Part shown: positions 40,301-51,333 of the stretch, one piece after another | Numbering within the stretch: the first letter of the stretch is position 1 | How the letters are laid out: every line of letters starts with the position of its first letter | From: Haliotis rubra | Taxonomy: Eukaryota | Direction: 5' to 3' | Assembly (NCBI RefSeq): GCF_003918875.1 | Contig: NW_025765714.1 | Coordinates: 1,054,001-1,118,000 of the forward strand | Length of the DNA stretch: 64,000 bases | Notes under the pieces: generated by a model | The model's input: only the letters and a program-made list of their open reading frames with translations | Database searches by the model: none | What the model was told of the DNA's origin: nothing | Program-made: the position numbers and the translations under genes

Positions 40301-43300
40301 TAAGGTGACCCTGATCCCAGTACAACAGTGTTACCGAATGTATAAGGTGACCCTGATCCCTGTACAACAGTGTTACCGAATGTATAAGGTGACCCTGGTC
40401 CCTGTACAACAATGTTACAGAATGTATAAGGTGACCCTGGTCCCAGTACAACAGTGTTACCGAATGTATAAGGTGACCCTGATCCCTGTACAACAGTGTT
40501 ACAGAATGTATAAGGTGACCCTGATCCCTGTACAACAGTGTTACCGAATGTATAAGGTGACCCTGATCCCTGTACAACAGTGTTACCAAATGTATAAGGT
40601 GACCCTGATCCCTGTACAACAGTGTTACAGAATGTATAAGGTGACCCTGGTCCCAGTACAACAGTATTACAGAATGTATAAGGTGACCCTGGTCCCTGTA
40701 CAACAGTGTTACCTCATGTATAAGGTGACACTGGTCCCAGTACAACAGTGTTACCTCATGTATAAGGTGACCCTGGTCCCTGTACAACAGTATTACAGAA
40801 TGTATAAGGTGACCCTGATCCCTGTACAACAGTGTTACCGAATGTATAAGGTGACCCTGGTCCCAGTACAACAGTGTTACAGAATGTATAAGGTGACCCT
40901 GGTCCCTGTACAACAGTGCTACCGAATGTTTAAGGTGACCCTGGTCCCTGTACAACAGTGGTACAGAATGTATAAGGTGACCCTGGCCCCTGTACAACAA
41001 TGTTACATAATGTATAAGGTGACCCTGGTCCCTGTACAACAGTGTTACCGAATGTATAAGGTGACCCTGATCCCTGTACAACAGTGTTACCGAATGTATA
41101 AGGTGACACTGGTCCCAGTACAACAGTGTTACCTCATGTATAAGGTGACCCTGGTCCCTGTACAACAATGTTACAGAATGTATAAGGTGACCCTGGTCCC
41201 TGTACAACAATGTTACATAATGTATAAGGTGACCCTGGTCCCTGTACAACAGTGTTACAAAATGTAAAAGGTGACCCTGGTCCCTGTACAACAATGTTAC
41301 AGAATGTATAAGGTGACCCTGGTCCCAGTACAACAGTATTACAGAATGTATAAGGTGACCCTGGTCCCTGTACAACAATGTTACAGGATATATTAGGTGA
41401 CACTGGTCCCTGTACAACAGTGTTACCGAATGTATAAGGCGACCCTGGTCCCTGTACAACAGTGTTACAGAATGTATTACTATTAGGTGACCCTGTTCCC
41501 TGTACAACAGCGTTACCGAATGTATAAGGTGACCCTGGTCCCAGTACAACAATATTACGGAATGTATAAGGTGACCCTGTATGACAGTGTTACGAAATGT
41601 ATAAGGTGACCCTGGTCCCTGTATGACAGTGTTACGAAATATATAAGGTGACCCTGGTCCCTGTACAACAATGTTACAGAATGTATAAGGTGACCCTGGT
41701 CCCAGTACAACAATATTACGGAATGTTGAAGGTGACCCTGGTCCCTGTACAACAATGTTACGGAATGTATAAGGTGACCCTGGTCCCTGTACAACAATGT
41801 TACGGAATGTATAAGGTGACCCTGGTCCCTGTATGACAGTGTTACGAAATGTATAAGGTGACCCTGGTCCCTGTATGACAGTGTTACGAAATATATAAGG
41901 TGACCCTGGTCCCTGTACAACAGTGTTACAGAATGTATAAGGTGACACGGGTCCCTGTACAACAGTGTTACAGGATATATTAGGTGACACTGGTCCCTGT
42001 ACAACAGTGTTATTAACTGTTTCTCGTTGGTGGTTCAGTGAAAACCAGACCCGTGAAGATCCGGGTAGAATAGGGCTTCAGCAACCCATGCTTGCCACAA
42101 AAGGCAACTATGCTTGTCGTAAGAGGCGACTAACGGGATCGGGTGGTCAGGCTCGCTGACTTGGTTGACACATGTCATCGGTTCCCAATTGCGCAGATCG
42201 ATGCTCTTGTTGTTGATCACTGGATTGTCTGGTGTCGAGACTCGATTATTTACAGACCGCCACCATATAGCTGGAATATTGCTGAGTGCAACGTCAAACT
42301 AAACTCACTCACTCAGTGTAAACCCTGTTAGTTGCATATAAAATCAATTACTGTATACATTAAAGAATACACCTTACATCATATAGTAGGTGACAGTCAA
42401 GAATGTTGACATCAAAATGGTCCTTTTTCCAGCACAGTCCTTCTCCAAGTACAATCCTTCCAAAGGATACTGGTGGGAGTTCAAAGACAAGGAAGAGAAA
42501 GGTCAGTACACCTCATCAAGGTACATCAGTAAGTACCATCATAAGGATATACCTGTAAGTACCATCATCAAGGTACATCAGTAAGTACCATCATAAGGAT
42601 ATACCTGTAAGTACCATCGTCAAGGTACAGAAGTACCATCATAAGGCTATACCTGTCAGTACCATTGTCAAGGTACACAAGTAAGTACCATCATAAGGCT
42701 ACATAACGCCTGTAAGTACCATCATCACCATGCAAAATGTGGATGGTTTTGTGTATGACCACAATGCCACATGTAAACATTGTTCTAGTGTATGACTGCA
42801 GTGTCACATGTTAACATTGTTTTAGTGTATGACCCCAGTACCACATGTTGACAATGTTCTAGTGTATGACCCCAGAGTCACATGTTGACAATGTTTTAGT
42901 GTATGACCCCAGAGTCACATGTTGACAATGTTCTAGTGTATGACCCCAGAGTCACATGTTGACAATGTTCTAGTGTATGACCCCAGAGTCACATGTTGAC
43001 AATGTTCTAGTGTATGACCCCAGTGTCACATGTTGACAATGTTCTAGTGTATGACCCCAGAGTCACATGTTGACAATGTTCTAGTGTATGACCCCAGTAC
43101 CACATGTTGACAATGTTCTAGTGTATGACCCCAGTGTCACATGTTGACAATGTTCTAGTGTATGACCCCAGTGTCACATGTTGACAATGTTCTAGTGTAT
43201 GACCCCAGTGTCACATGTTGACAATGTTCTAGTGTATGACCCCAGAGTCACATGTTGACAATGTTCTAGTGTATGACCCCAGAGTCACATGTTGACAATG

Positions 43301-44506
43301 TTCTAGTGTATGACCCCAGAGTCACATGTTGACAATGTTCTAGTGTATGACCCCAGTGTCACATGTTGACAATGTTCTAGTGTATGACCCCAGTGTCACA
43401 TGTTGACAATGTTCTAGTGTATGACCCCAGTACCACATGTTGACAATGTTCTAGTGTATGACCCCAGAGTCACATGTTGACAATGTTTTAGTGTATGACC
43501 CCAGTGCCACATGTTGACAATGTTCTAGTGTATGACCCCAGTGTCACATGTTGACAATGTTCTAGTGTATGACCCCAGTACCACATGTTGACAATGTTCT
43601 AGTGTATGACCCCAGAGTCACATGTTGACAATGTTCTAGTGTATGACCCCAGTGTCACATGTTGACAATGTTCTAGTGTATGACCCCAGTGTCACGTGTT
43701 GACAATGTTCTAGTGTACGGCACCAGTGCCACATGTTGACAATGTTCTAGTGTATGACCCCAGTGTCACGTGTTGTTGTCACGGCACCAGTGCCACATGT
43801 TGACAATGTTCTAGTGTATGACCCCAGTGTCACGTGTTGACAATGTTCTAGTGTACGGCACCAGTGCCACATGTTGACAATGTTCTAGTGTATGACCCCA
43901 GTGTCACGTGTTGACAATGTTCTAGTGTATGGCACCAGTGCCACATGTTGACAATGTTCTAGTGTATGACCCCAGTGTCACGTGTTGACAATGTTCTAGT
44001 GTATGGCACCAGTGCCACATGTTGACAATGTTCTAGTGTACAAACATGATGTCACATGATGATGATGTTGCAGACAAACCTGAAGGAAAGGAGAAGAGGA
44101 AACGGGAAGAGCCGAGTTCGCTGTTTCAGCGCCAGAGAGTGGACCTGCTGCTCGGAGAGTTGGGCAAGAAGTATCCACCACAGTTTGTGGCCCCAAGTCA
44201 CCCAGAAAACAAAGGTGTAGTGCCCTCAAAAACTACATCTATGCCATGAATAAATGTCTTCAATAGTGTACTATTCTTATCATTGTTACTGTAAATGTTA
44301 AGTTCAGGTGACAATAAGTCCTTCAAACCACTGGGGATGATTTTCTAAACTCTGTGTTGCTGTGTGTTCCAGAGGAGTCTGCCAAGCCGGAGGTGAAGCA
44401 GGAGGTGAAGCAGGAGAAGGCTGAGGACAAGACTAGTTCCTCTTCCCCAGCCACTAATGCTGCCATGAAACCTCCCCCAGAGAAGAAGGCCAAAATGATG
44501 AGATGA
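34230..44506 (+). CDS. MED6: Mediator of RNA polymerase II transcription subunit 6, whole gene (first coding exon not located)
   Basis: Seven GT-AG exons give about 239 aa with recognisable MED6 motifs: [112 protein letters not shown]. Confidence 0.96.
34497..34940. repeat. 23-bp minisatellite (MED6 intron)
   Basis: Unit catggtgttctgtcctactcagt. Confidence 0.95.
34970..35136 (+). mobile_element. SINE family A copy
   Basis: ggtagcctagtggttaaag...ggttcgattcc...aaactaaactcagtcactcac. Confidence 0.9.
35634..35725 (+). CDS. MED6: MED6 exon (92 nt)
   Basis: ttgcag|, [31 protein letters not shown]|gtcagt. Confidence 0.95.
35815..36510. repeat. Pyrimidine-rich 60/60/63-bp minisatellite with 183-bp higher-order repeat (MED6 intron)
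   Basis: Unit tgtccaccatccttgtcccattcttcctctctgtcgaccttccttgacccaccaaacatc, three recurring variants. Confidence 0.93.
36619..36701 (+). CDS. MED6: MED6 exon (83 nt)
   Basis: atctag|, (V)[27 protein letters not shown]|gtaagt. Confidence 0.95.
37124..37362 (+). mobile_element. SINE family B copy (core resembles the Nin/Deu-type domain)
   Basis: Shared core ttggttgacacatgtcat..cccaattgcg..gatcactggattgtctggtccagactcgatt. Confidence 0.85.
37841..38621. repeat. 71-bp minisatellite (11 copies, MED6 intron)
   Basis: Unit aacacaaacccaaacagttcacaattgaccgtctgtccgggtcaatgacaaaactgtagggtgattgatac. Confidence 0.97.
38901..38940 (+). CDS. MED6: MED6 exon (40 nt)
   Basis: ttttag|[14 protein letters not shown]|gtaggt. 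Confidence 0.93.
39122..39573. repeat. 27-bp minisatellite interrupted by a SINE A insertion
   Basis: Unit tcatagtacttgtctcttcatcatgtg on both sides of the SINE. Confidence 0.9.
39256..39417 (+). mobile_element. SINE family A copy
   Basis: Consensus match, A/B boxes, ACTC tail. Confidence 0.9.
39577..39682 (+). mobile_element. SINE family B 3' fragment
   Basis: atgctcatgctgttgatcactggattgtc...gctggaatattgctgagtgc. Confidence 0.8.
40230..42012. repeat. 42-bp minisatellite (~42 copies, MED6 intron)
   Basis: Unit gtataaggtgaccctggtccctgtacaacagtgttacagaat; source of the 605-aa and 337-aa repeat ORFs. Confidence 0.97.
42048..42315 (+). mobile_element. SINE family B, full-length copy
   Basis: gacccgtgaagatccggg head, core domain, aaactaaactcactcactca tail. 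Confidence 0.9.
42433..42501 (+). CDS. MED6: MED6 exon (69 nt)
   Basis: ttccag|, (A)[23 protein letters not shown]|gtcagt. Confidence 0.93.
42502..42726. repeat. ~52-bp tandem repeat starting at a MED6 splice donor
   Basis: Unit aagtaccatcataaggatatacctgtaagtaccatcatcaaggtacatcagt. Confidence 0.85.
42751..44041. repeat. 37-bp minisatellite (~35 copies) abutting a MED6 acceptor
   Basis: Unit gtgtatgaccccagtgtcacatgttgacaatgttcta. Confidence 0.97.
44074..44214 (+). CDS. MED6: MED6 exon (141 nt)
   Basis: ttgcag|, (D)[47 protein letters not shown]|gtgtag. Confidence 0.9.
44373..44506 (+). CDS. MED6: MED6 last coding exon
   Basis: ttccag|, (E)[15 protein letters not shown]...[13 protein letters not shown]. 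Confidence 0.9.
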
Positions 44507-44527
44507 TGGCCAGTGTGGCATATTCTA

Positions 44528-44850
44528 GTAGACACAGTTGAGATGAAGATCAGTGTGCCTTGATCTAATGGAGACAGTTTTGGTGAAAGTCAGTATTGCT
44601 TGACCTTGTAGACACAGTTGAAATGAAGATCAGTGTGCCTTGATCTAATGGAAACAGTTTTGGTGAAAGTCAGTATTGCTTGACCTTGTAGACACAGTCA
44701 AGGTGAAGGTCAGTGTGACTCCACCTGGTGGACCAATTGAAGGTCAGCTTGGCTTTACCAAATGGAGACAGTTCAGGTGAAGGCTTGTATGACTTCACCT
44801 AGTGGATGGAGTTAAGGTGAAGGTCAGTGTGATTTGATCTCATGGACACA
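44528..44850. repeat. 80-bp tandem repeat (40-bp subunits) in the MED6 3' UTR
   Basis: gtagacacagt anchors at 44528, 44608 and 44688, then decay. Confidence 0.85.
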
Positions 44851-44986
44851 ATAGGTTTTCCCAGTAAGTTGCTGGACTGGAGCATGGAACACATTGCAAG
44901 ACCTTGATGGCAGGTGATTTGCTTCAAAGTAATGAAGCATACAGCTACTACAAGCTGAAGAAAGGAAGAGAATATGTTACCAGTGC

Positions 44987-45220
44987 AATAAAGATAAGGT
45001 GTTACTTCAGGGTTACTTAAAAATGAAAAGCTCCTATCTTTTTCAAAATGTTGAATAAACATTTTGGAAAATGTAGACTCAGGTTACAGGCTCTCATGTG
45101 CATGAAAATAGTTTGAAAATATCGAGGAAATGATATTTGTCTAGTTACTAGAGGGTCTGTGTTGTGTGTCTATGTTCTTGTCATTGTCATGTCATTGCTG
45201 TACATAAACTCAGGAATAAA
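44987..45220 (+). promoter_or_regulatory. Candidate MED6 polyadenylation signals
   Basis: AATAAA at 44987, 45054 and 45215, downstream of the stop; which one is used is unknown. Confidence 0.5.
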
Positions 45221-46466
45221 ATGTCATAAAACCTGGCTCATTGGTTGTAACAAGTTCAAAACACATGTACACAAGTTCAACACAGTTTGTGTGTAAATAC
45301 AGTTTGACCAAACAGATATGACTACCTGAGGACCTCCTTCCACAAAGGGGACTCTACTTGGCAGAGTACGTCAGTACCCGTCACAGGCACGTACGCCAAG
45401 GAGAAGCGAGTGTGTCACATGGATGATCATTTGTGTCTGACAGTCTGCAATAGCAGTGATACAGCTGCATGGTTTAGAATACAGTCAGACACTGTATGTT
45501 GAACTTGGAAGCATCAAAGCTACAGTTGCCTCGAAGTTTAGTATCCGCAAATGCCTTATTTTGTTCATCATTGTTTAAGCTCTGATGTGTTGAATCAGAT
45601 GATTACCAATGTCATTTTCCACTCCAAAACATGTTCATCCAGCACAAGTTAAGTGAAAAGTCGATTTTGCCTCAATGATCAATAATAAAAGTTGTGTTGG
45701 ACATGTATTTAACTTTCTCTCTGTTTGTTGCATATGTTACATGTTATTCATTCATTAAGAAGAAGGGTAAATGAAGCTGAAGTTCATTTTTCAGTTTCAA
45801 AGTGTTTGCTTGTGTCTCTTCAACCCTTACAAAGTGTTTGTTCATTCATTTGTTCAGACACAGACTGCTATCCTTAAAATCTCCAAAAATGTGAAAAATA
45901 CAACATTCATAGTAAATCCTTGTCTGAACCCTCAAGACGGGTTGTTTGGAAATATATGTAGTGTTTCATTGTATAAAAAACGGTAATATCTATTTTTTAA
46001 GATATTCACACTGGCAGCTGCAGTATTTCCGTGAACTCTGTTGTATCTAGTCAGCTCTTCTCCCTGGGAACAGCCTCTGTGGATGTCTGGAGGACATGTC
46101 TACAGTGCGAGGTCAATTAAGGTCAAGGTTCCTACATTCAATATGCAGATGTATGTCAAATTGGAAGACACGCACATGCCAAACATGGGTTGTAAACGGT
46201 TATGCTTAACATGAGCAATGAACTAAGTCACTAGTGCTTGAAATGCTGCAACTGCACTATATTCTTTTAGTTTGTGCTTGTAATGTTCGTACACTACACA
46301 GTCTGCTAAATATGTTGCTGGCAGACCTTTGACTGCCGTTCCTCCGTCGGATTGTAACCACGTGATCAAAACTCGATGATGATATTTGTTGATAGCAAAA
46401 TGGATGTTTCTTGAAAAGCGACTTAGCATTTTTAGCCATTACTGTGCGTAATATTTCTGATCACAG

Positions 46467-46612
46467 AACCCATGAAGATCCGGGTTAGAATTGGTCTTCT
46501 ACAACCCATGCTTGTCGTAAAAGGTGACTAACGGGATCCAAACTCGATTATTTATAGACCGCCGTCATATAACTGGAATATTGTTGAGTGAGGCGTTCAA
46601 CAAGAAACAGAC
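46467..46612 (+). mobile_element. SINE family B, internally deleted
   Basis: Head joined directly to the tail at gggatcc|aaactcgatt. Confidence 0.8.
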
Positions 46613-47126
46613 AACGTGATCTCAGGAATAGATTGTTTTCGCATAATATAAAAATAAATAAACATAATGACACATGCAGCTATCATATTTTTAATTAATC
46701 ACGGCGATATTTCGTGATTCTATTTCAAGCGTCGAAGACCAGAGACCAAAGGTAGAGGTTACTTTCATTTTCAGTTAGCTAGAGTTAAAGCCCAAACAGG
46801 AAGTGATTTCCTGAAACTGGAATAACATGTAGCGTTTATATTTAATGCAGTTGCACACGTGAGTCTTGATTATTGGAATTGTACTATTCCAAATCGAAAG
46901 GAGAAACCACACACTGGTCCGGTGACCTATAACCATGTCACCAAAGTTGAACACCCGCTCCATTAAGACTTTTATAATTAACACAGCTGGCTTGGAATAA
47001 ATTCTGATGCGATATTCCCCCGGTTGTGGTGCTAATTTGTTTCTATATGATGAACGTAATCGTTAAACACATGAAGTTAGAACAATACCCATTGATTTTA
47101 ACTAGTTGGATCCTAAATATGGACCT

Positions 47127-47235
47127 GGGTCCCGTTCCATAAAGCAATCGTAGTGTTAAGATGATCGTAACTCCCATACTTCAGCGTAGACTTACGACAG
47201 TCGTAGCACTACGACCGCTTTGCGGAACGGGGCCC
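47127..47235. mobile_element. Small palindromic MITE
   Basis: gggtcccgttccataaagc...gctttgcggaacggggccc; related half-copy at about 24820-24860. Confidence 0.75.
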
Positions 47236-49807
47236 TTGGCTTATAGTCTTGCAGACCCTCAAATATCAGGTAATGCGCATGCAAGTCCATAATGTTTGGC
47301 AAGTCTGTATTACTGTAGTTTCAGGAAAACGAAGAATTTACCCTGGCTCTTTCATATTATGTTCTATTTTCTTAAGATAACTTAAAAGTTTTCTGTTCAT
47401 AATTTACTAGATGTTAGTCTAGTATTATCTCAATTGCTAAATTAATCGTCTCTGTAGATTCAGCAATACTAGGCTCTATACCCAGCTGTCGAAAGTGAAA
47501 GTCGAGTAAAGTGTGTCACACATTGACCAGACACACCTACACGGGATAATACCGAGTTCCGTAATGAGGTCATTCTGCAGACTGAGGCATATAGTTAGAT
47601 ATAGCTCAGGTTTACGATTGAGGCGGATGCGCTATAATCACACACGCTCTTAGAGGGCAAATGTTTTCAGCCTCAATTAATCGTTCAACGTCGCGCGTCA
47701 CTTCAGACGTGTATTCCCCAGAAAGCTAACGTCACTCCTCGGTATCATAGCTTCAAGACCAGTGGGTGCCCTTCAGGGGTCCGTGAGTGGGGCGCGGGCA
47801 AGTTGGTGCAAAGGATACACTTTGTTTCAAAAGTAGTATGAACACGTTTTGAATGAATATCCAAGAATACCTAATAACAGAAAAGGTACCTGTGGTTAAT
47901 AAAGGCCACTAAGATGAATTTGGGATGAAATTACACATGCATCTTTCAATACATATTCATAAGATGTATACACCTACCCACAGGCCGTGATTCACAATCT
48001 GCTCGTGCATGTTCAAGCACGGTAAATAATTTGGATGTTTGCGTGCTTGTTGGGAGCTTGAAGCAAACTCTTTGTGTTGCTATGAGATGTTCATAAAAAC
48101 GGCTTTGTTTAATCGTAAATAACGGTTAAGTAATGTTACCGCTTGATGTCCGCTGCCTACAAACATGGCACAAAACGAAATTGCCAGACATTTTCAAGTT
48201 CATCGAAGCACCATACCATCTCCTCTGACAGGTTATCTACGCCAGGGCAACACTCGTGACTCGGTGGGACACTCGTATTACAAGCCGCTTTCACATTTAT
48301 TAAGAAATAGCTGGTATCTTCAATTGTTTTAAAGATAACTGTATTGTTGTTATTTATTGTAACCTTGGACTTTGCACTGGACGCGTGACTGTCGGATAAC
48401 TCGACGATGGACTTCCGATCCGATGTTAGGAAGGCACCACACCAGTAAAACTATAGTTAATTACAGAACCGTTGAGATGGTAGGTTCAGGTCTTTTATGT
48501 GCTGGACATTGACGTAGTAGTCCCTATTCACTGATGTAATATGTAACTATTTACTTATGTTAGATGTAATTTGTAATTGAAACATACGTCTGGTAGCAGT
48601 TGCTCCAGTAACAGCAGACAATTAGACACTGCTCGGGACCGAGGAGAAATGAAGCATCTGACGCCAGTAGAAATGGTACCTTGATGGCACCAATGACGTA
48701 GAGGCTAGACTAACGCGGAGTCTTTGAAAACATTTACCTCCATGAGAAACAAAAAAGCCCTATTTCAATCAAAAAGGAGCCTCGGTGAGAAGGGAGATTC
48801 GGAGTCCAAGGAAAATCCAGACTTGCCTCATTTTGAGCATTTGTATTTCAGGTAGTGCTGGCTCATGACATGGTAGAGACCACGTGCTGGATAACGGTGT
48901 TAGAACCCACACCGAAACGTCGCTCTCACTGTAATAAAGAAGTTCATCATCTATATATTGTCATCCTTCCTTATTGATCCTGTCCAAGCAGGAAGCAACT
49001 GTACTGTAATTCCCCATGGTGCCTAGCATGGTGATCTACCTTCAGTTGTTGGCAATATAGAGCCTGTTTTTATGTTGTGTTGTCATTTATAGTTAAAATA
49101 TTTTAGATTTAGTTTTAATTCTGTTTCTGTGATAATCTAGTTGTTTTACTGTCCTTTGCAGACAGGTAAGTATAATATCTGACTTTATTTATATTCATTT
49201 ATATATTTACAACTTTCTTAGTCACGATATGGCTGAAATATTGCCGATGTGACTTTAAATATTAACTCACTCGCTCCTTATTGATCCAACTGCTAAATGC
49301 CTCTCAAAGAAGTTAGGATGGGTGATATTTGTACATGCTTCCTTGACCCGTCAGATTAGCTCAATGTAGGGATAAAACTGTTTCTCTCGAAGCTGTTGTG
49401 ATGAATATGTATCAATCCTAATATTTACCCACTGGACGTTATGCAAAACTATGGGTTGAGAAAACATGTCCAGGAATCGATTACCAACTAACACACAACG
49501 CCTGTTGTGCCCTTAAACCTACAACAAACGCCAACGCCGGAGAGTAATCAGTCATACCCGGAACAAACTCCGTTGGTCATATAAGGCAAAATAGCCGTGA
49601 AAAGTACAAAAATGGATCACCGAAACTCAGTGATGACACAATCGCTAAGAATGTATCCTGTTCTATCGGTAACTCTCACCCGGTGTTGGTTGCCAGACAA
49701 TCGAACCTTGACAACACATTCCAGACTTTTTTAAAACTAGAACTGAGATAAGCATTTTAATTACGCCAGATGTGCAGAGATTCCGCTCCTTATGAGTAAA
49801 GAGTGTC

Positions 49808-49895
49808 GAGTGAGTCTGGTGTTATGCTGCTTTTAGCAATATTCCAGCAACGTCACGGCGGGTTACAGCAGAAATGGGCTTCACACATTGTACTC
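49808..49895 (-). mobile_element. SINE family A 3' fragment
   Basis: ttttagcaatattccagcaa..agaaatgggcttcacacattgtac. Confidence 0.8.
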
Positions 49896-50616
49896 AAGCG
49901 GATAAGAAAAGACAAACTTTAAAGAAATATGTTTGTTTTGCACAACAGTAGGGGTAGTTTTGATGCCCAAACATTTCTTTTGTTGCTGACTCAGCATCAC
50001 TGACACATGACCTTCTGATGACATTCGGCTTCGACTTCAATTTACAAGCGGAAACATCGACCCAGTTGTAGTCAATATATGTACAAGAGAATGATCCGTC
50101 TCGGTAAAATAATAGGTGTGAACAAGGGCTGGGTCACTAATGACTAGTCGTAACCCAAGTTGTTCGCGAAGTGGGTAAGCATGTCCTACCGTAGTCTGTC
50201 TCACAGTCCCTGAACCACATTATTTTCCCTACTGCCTAGCCCTCTGCCTACTGCAATGAAGCAAGTCTAGATTTCCTCTGAATCTCTTGTCTCCCTGGGA
50301 CTCCTTTTAAATTTAATGGGTTTATTTGTTACAATCAAAATTATATATATTCAGAGACTAAGCGTTAGTCTAGTGCTACCGGTCAAATATCGTGTACAGA
50401 GCGTAGCTCACGCTCATATTCGCTTCACAATATACTCCCTGGTTCTGTGACTAGTCACGAAAAGCTATAACCTCACGTTTGGCGACACTTATTGGGTCAA
50501 AGTATTGAGTTGATCATATAGGCTTGGTGCTGCGTGATCATGTGTGTTAGCCGCACTCTACATATTGTCAAACGCAGGCAGTAGGGACGTATACTGGATA
50601 TCAGTATGTTATTTAA

Positions 50617-50847
50617 GTGAGTGAGTGAGTTTTAGGTTTACGCCGCACTCAGCAATATTCCAGCTGTATGGCGGCGGTCTGTAAATAATCGAGTCTGGAC
50701 CAGACAATCCAGTGATCAACAGCATGAGCATCGATCTGCGCAATTGGGAACCGATGACATGTGTCAAACCAAGTCAGCGAGCCTGACCACCCGATCCCGT
50801 TAGTCGCCTCTTACGACAAGCATAGTCGCCTTTTGTGGCAAGCATGA
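50617..50847 (-). mobile_element. SINE family B copy
   Basis: Near-consensus reverse complement of 42066-42315. Confidence 0.9.
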
Positions 50848-51333
50848 GTTGCTGAAGACCTATTCTAGTATGCTATTGAAATAGGTCACGCTTTCATAAC
50901 TTGTGTTTAAATGCGGCCTTGCGCTGATAACAATACCTCTGAGGATATTCCCTGCAAATTACCTGGACTCGAGGAAGGGAGTATTAACAGTTGATTATAA
51001 AATAGCATCATGGACTCTATAATAACATTATGTTATTTTGGAAATGTAGTTTTTCTACGGGACAGTTTACATATACACATGGACTCTATAATTACATTAT
51101 GTTATTTTGGAAATGTATTTGTTCTACGGGACAGTTTACATATACACATGAGGATTAATTAAGCACCATCTACTACTAAAATACAAAAAGCACTACATGT
51201 TAACTGTCCATGTATATCGGACGACTGGCAAGGGGATGGTTATCATAACGTGAACACTGTACGGAGGTATCTATTACTCCACGTTGATAACGCAGACGAC
51301 TAGTGTCCCAGGCACTGTGATGAGCTCCAGCGT

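Noticed and set aside
40173-41990. 605-aa and 337-aa ORFs
   Set aside because: Translations of an intronic 42-bp minisatellite, open on both strands, with no splice or domain context
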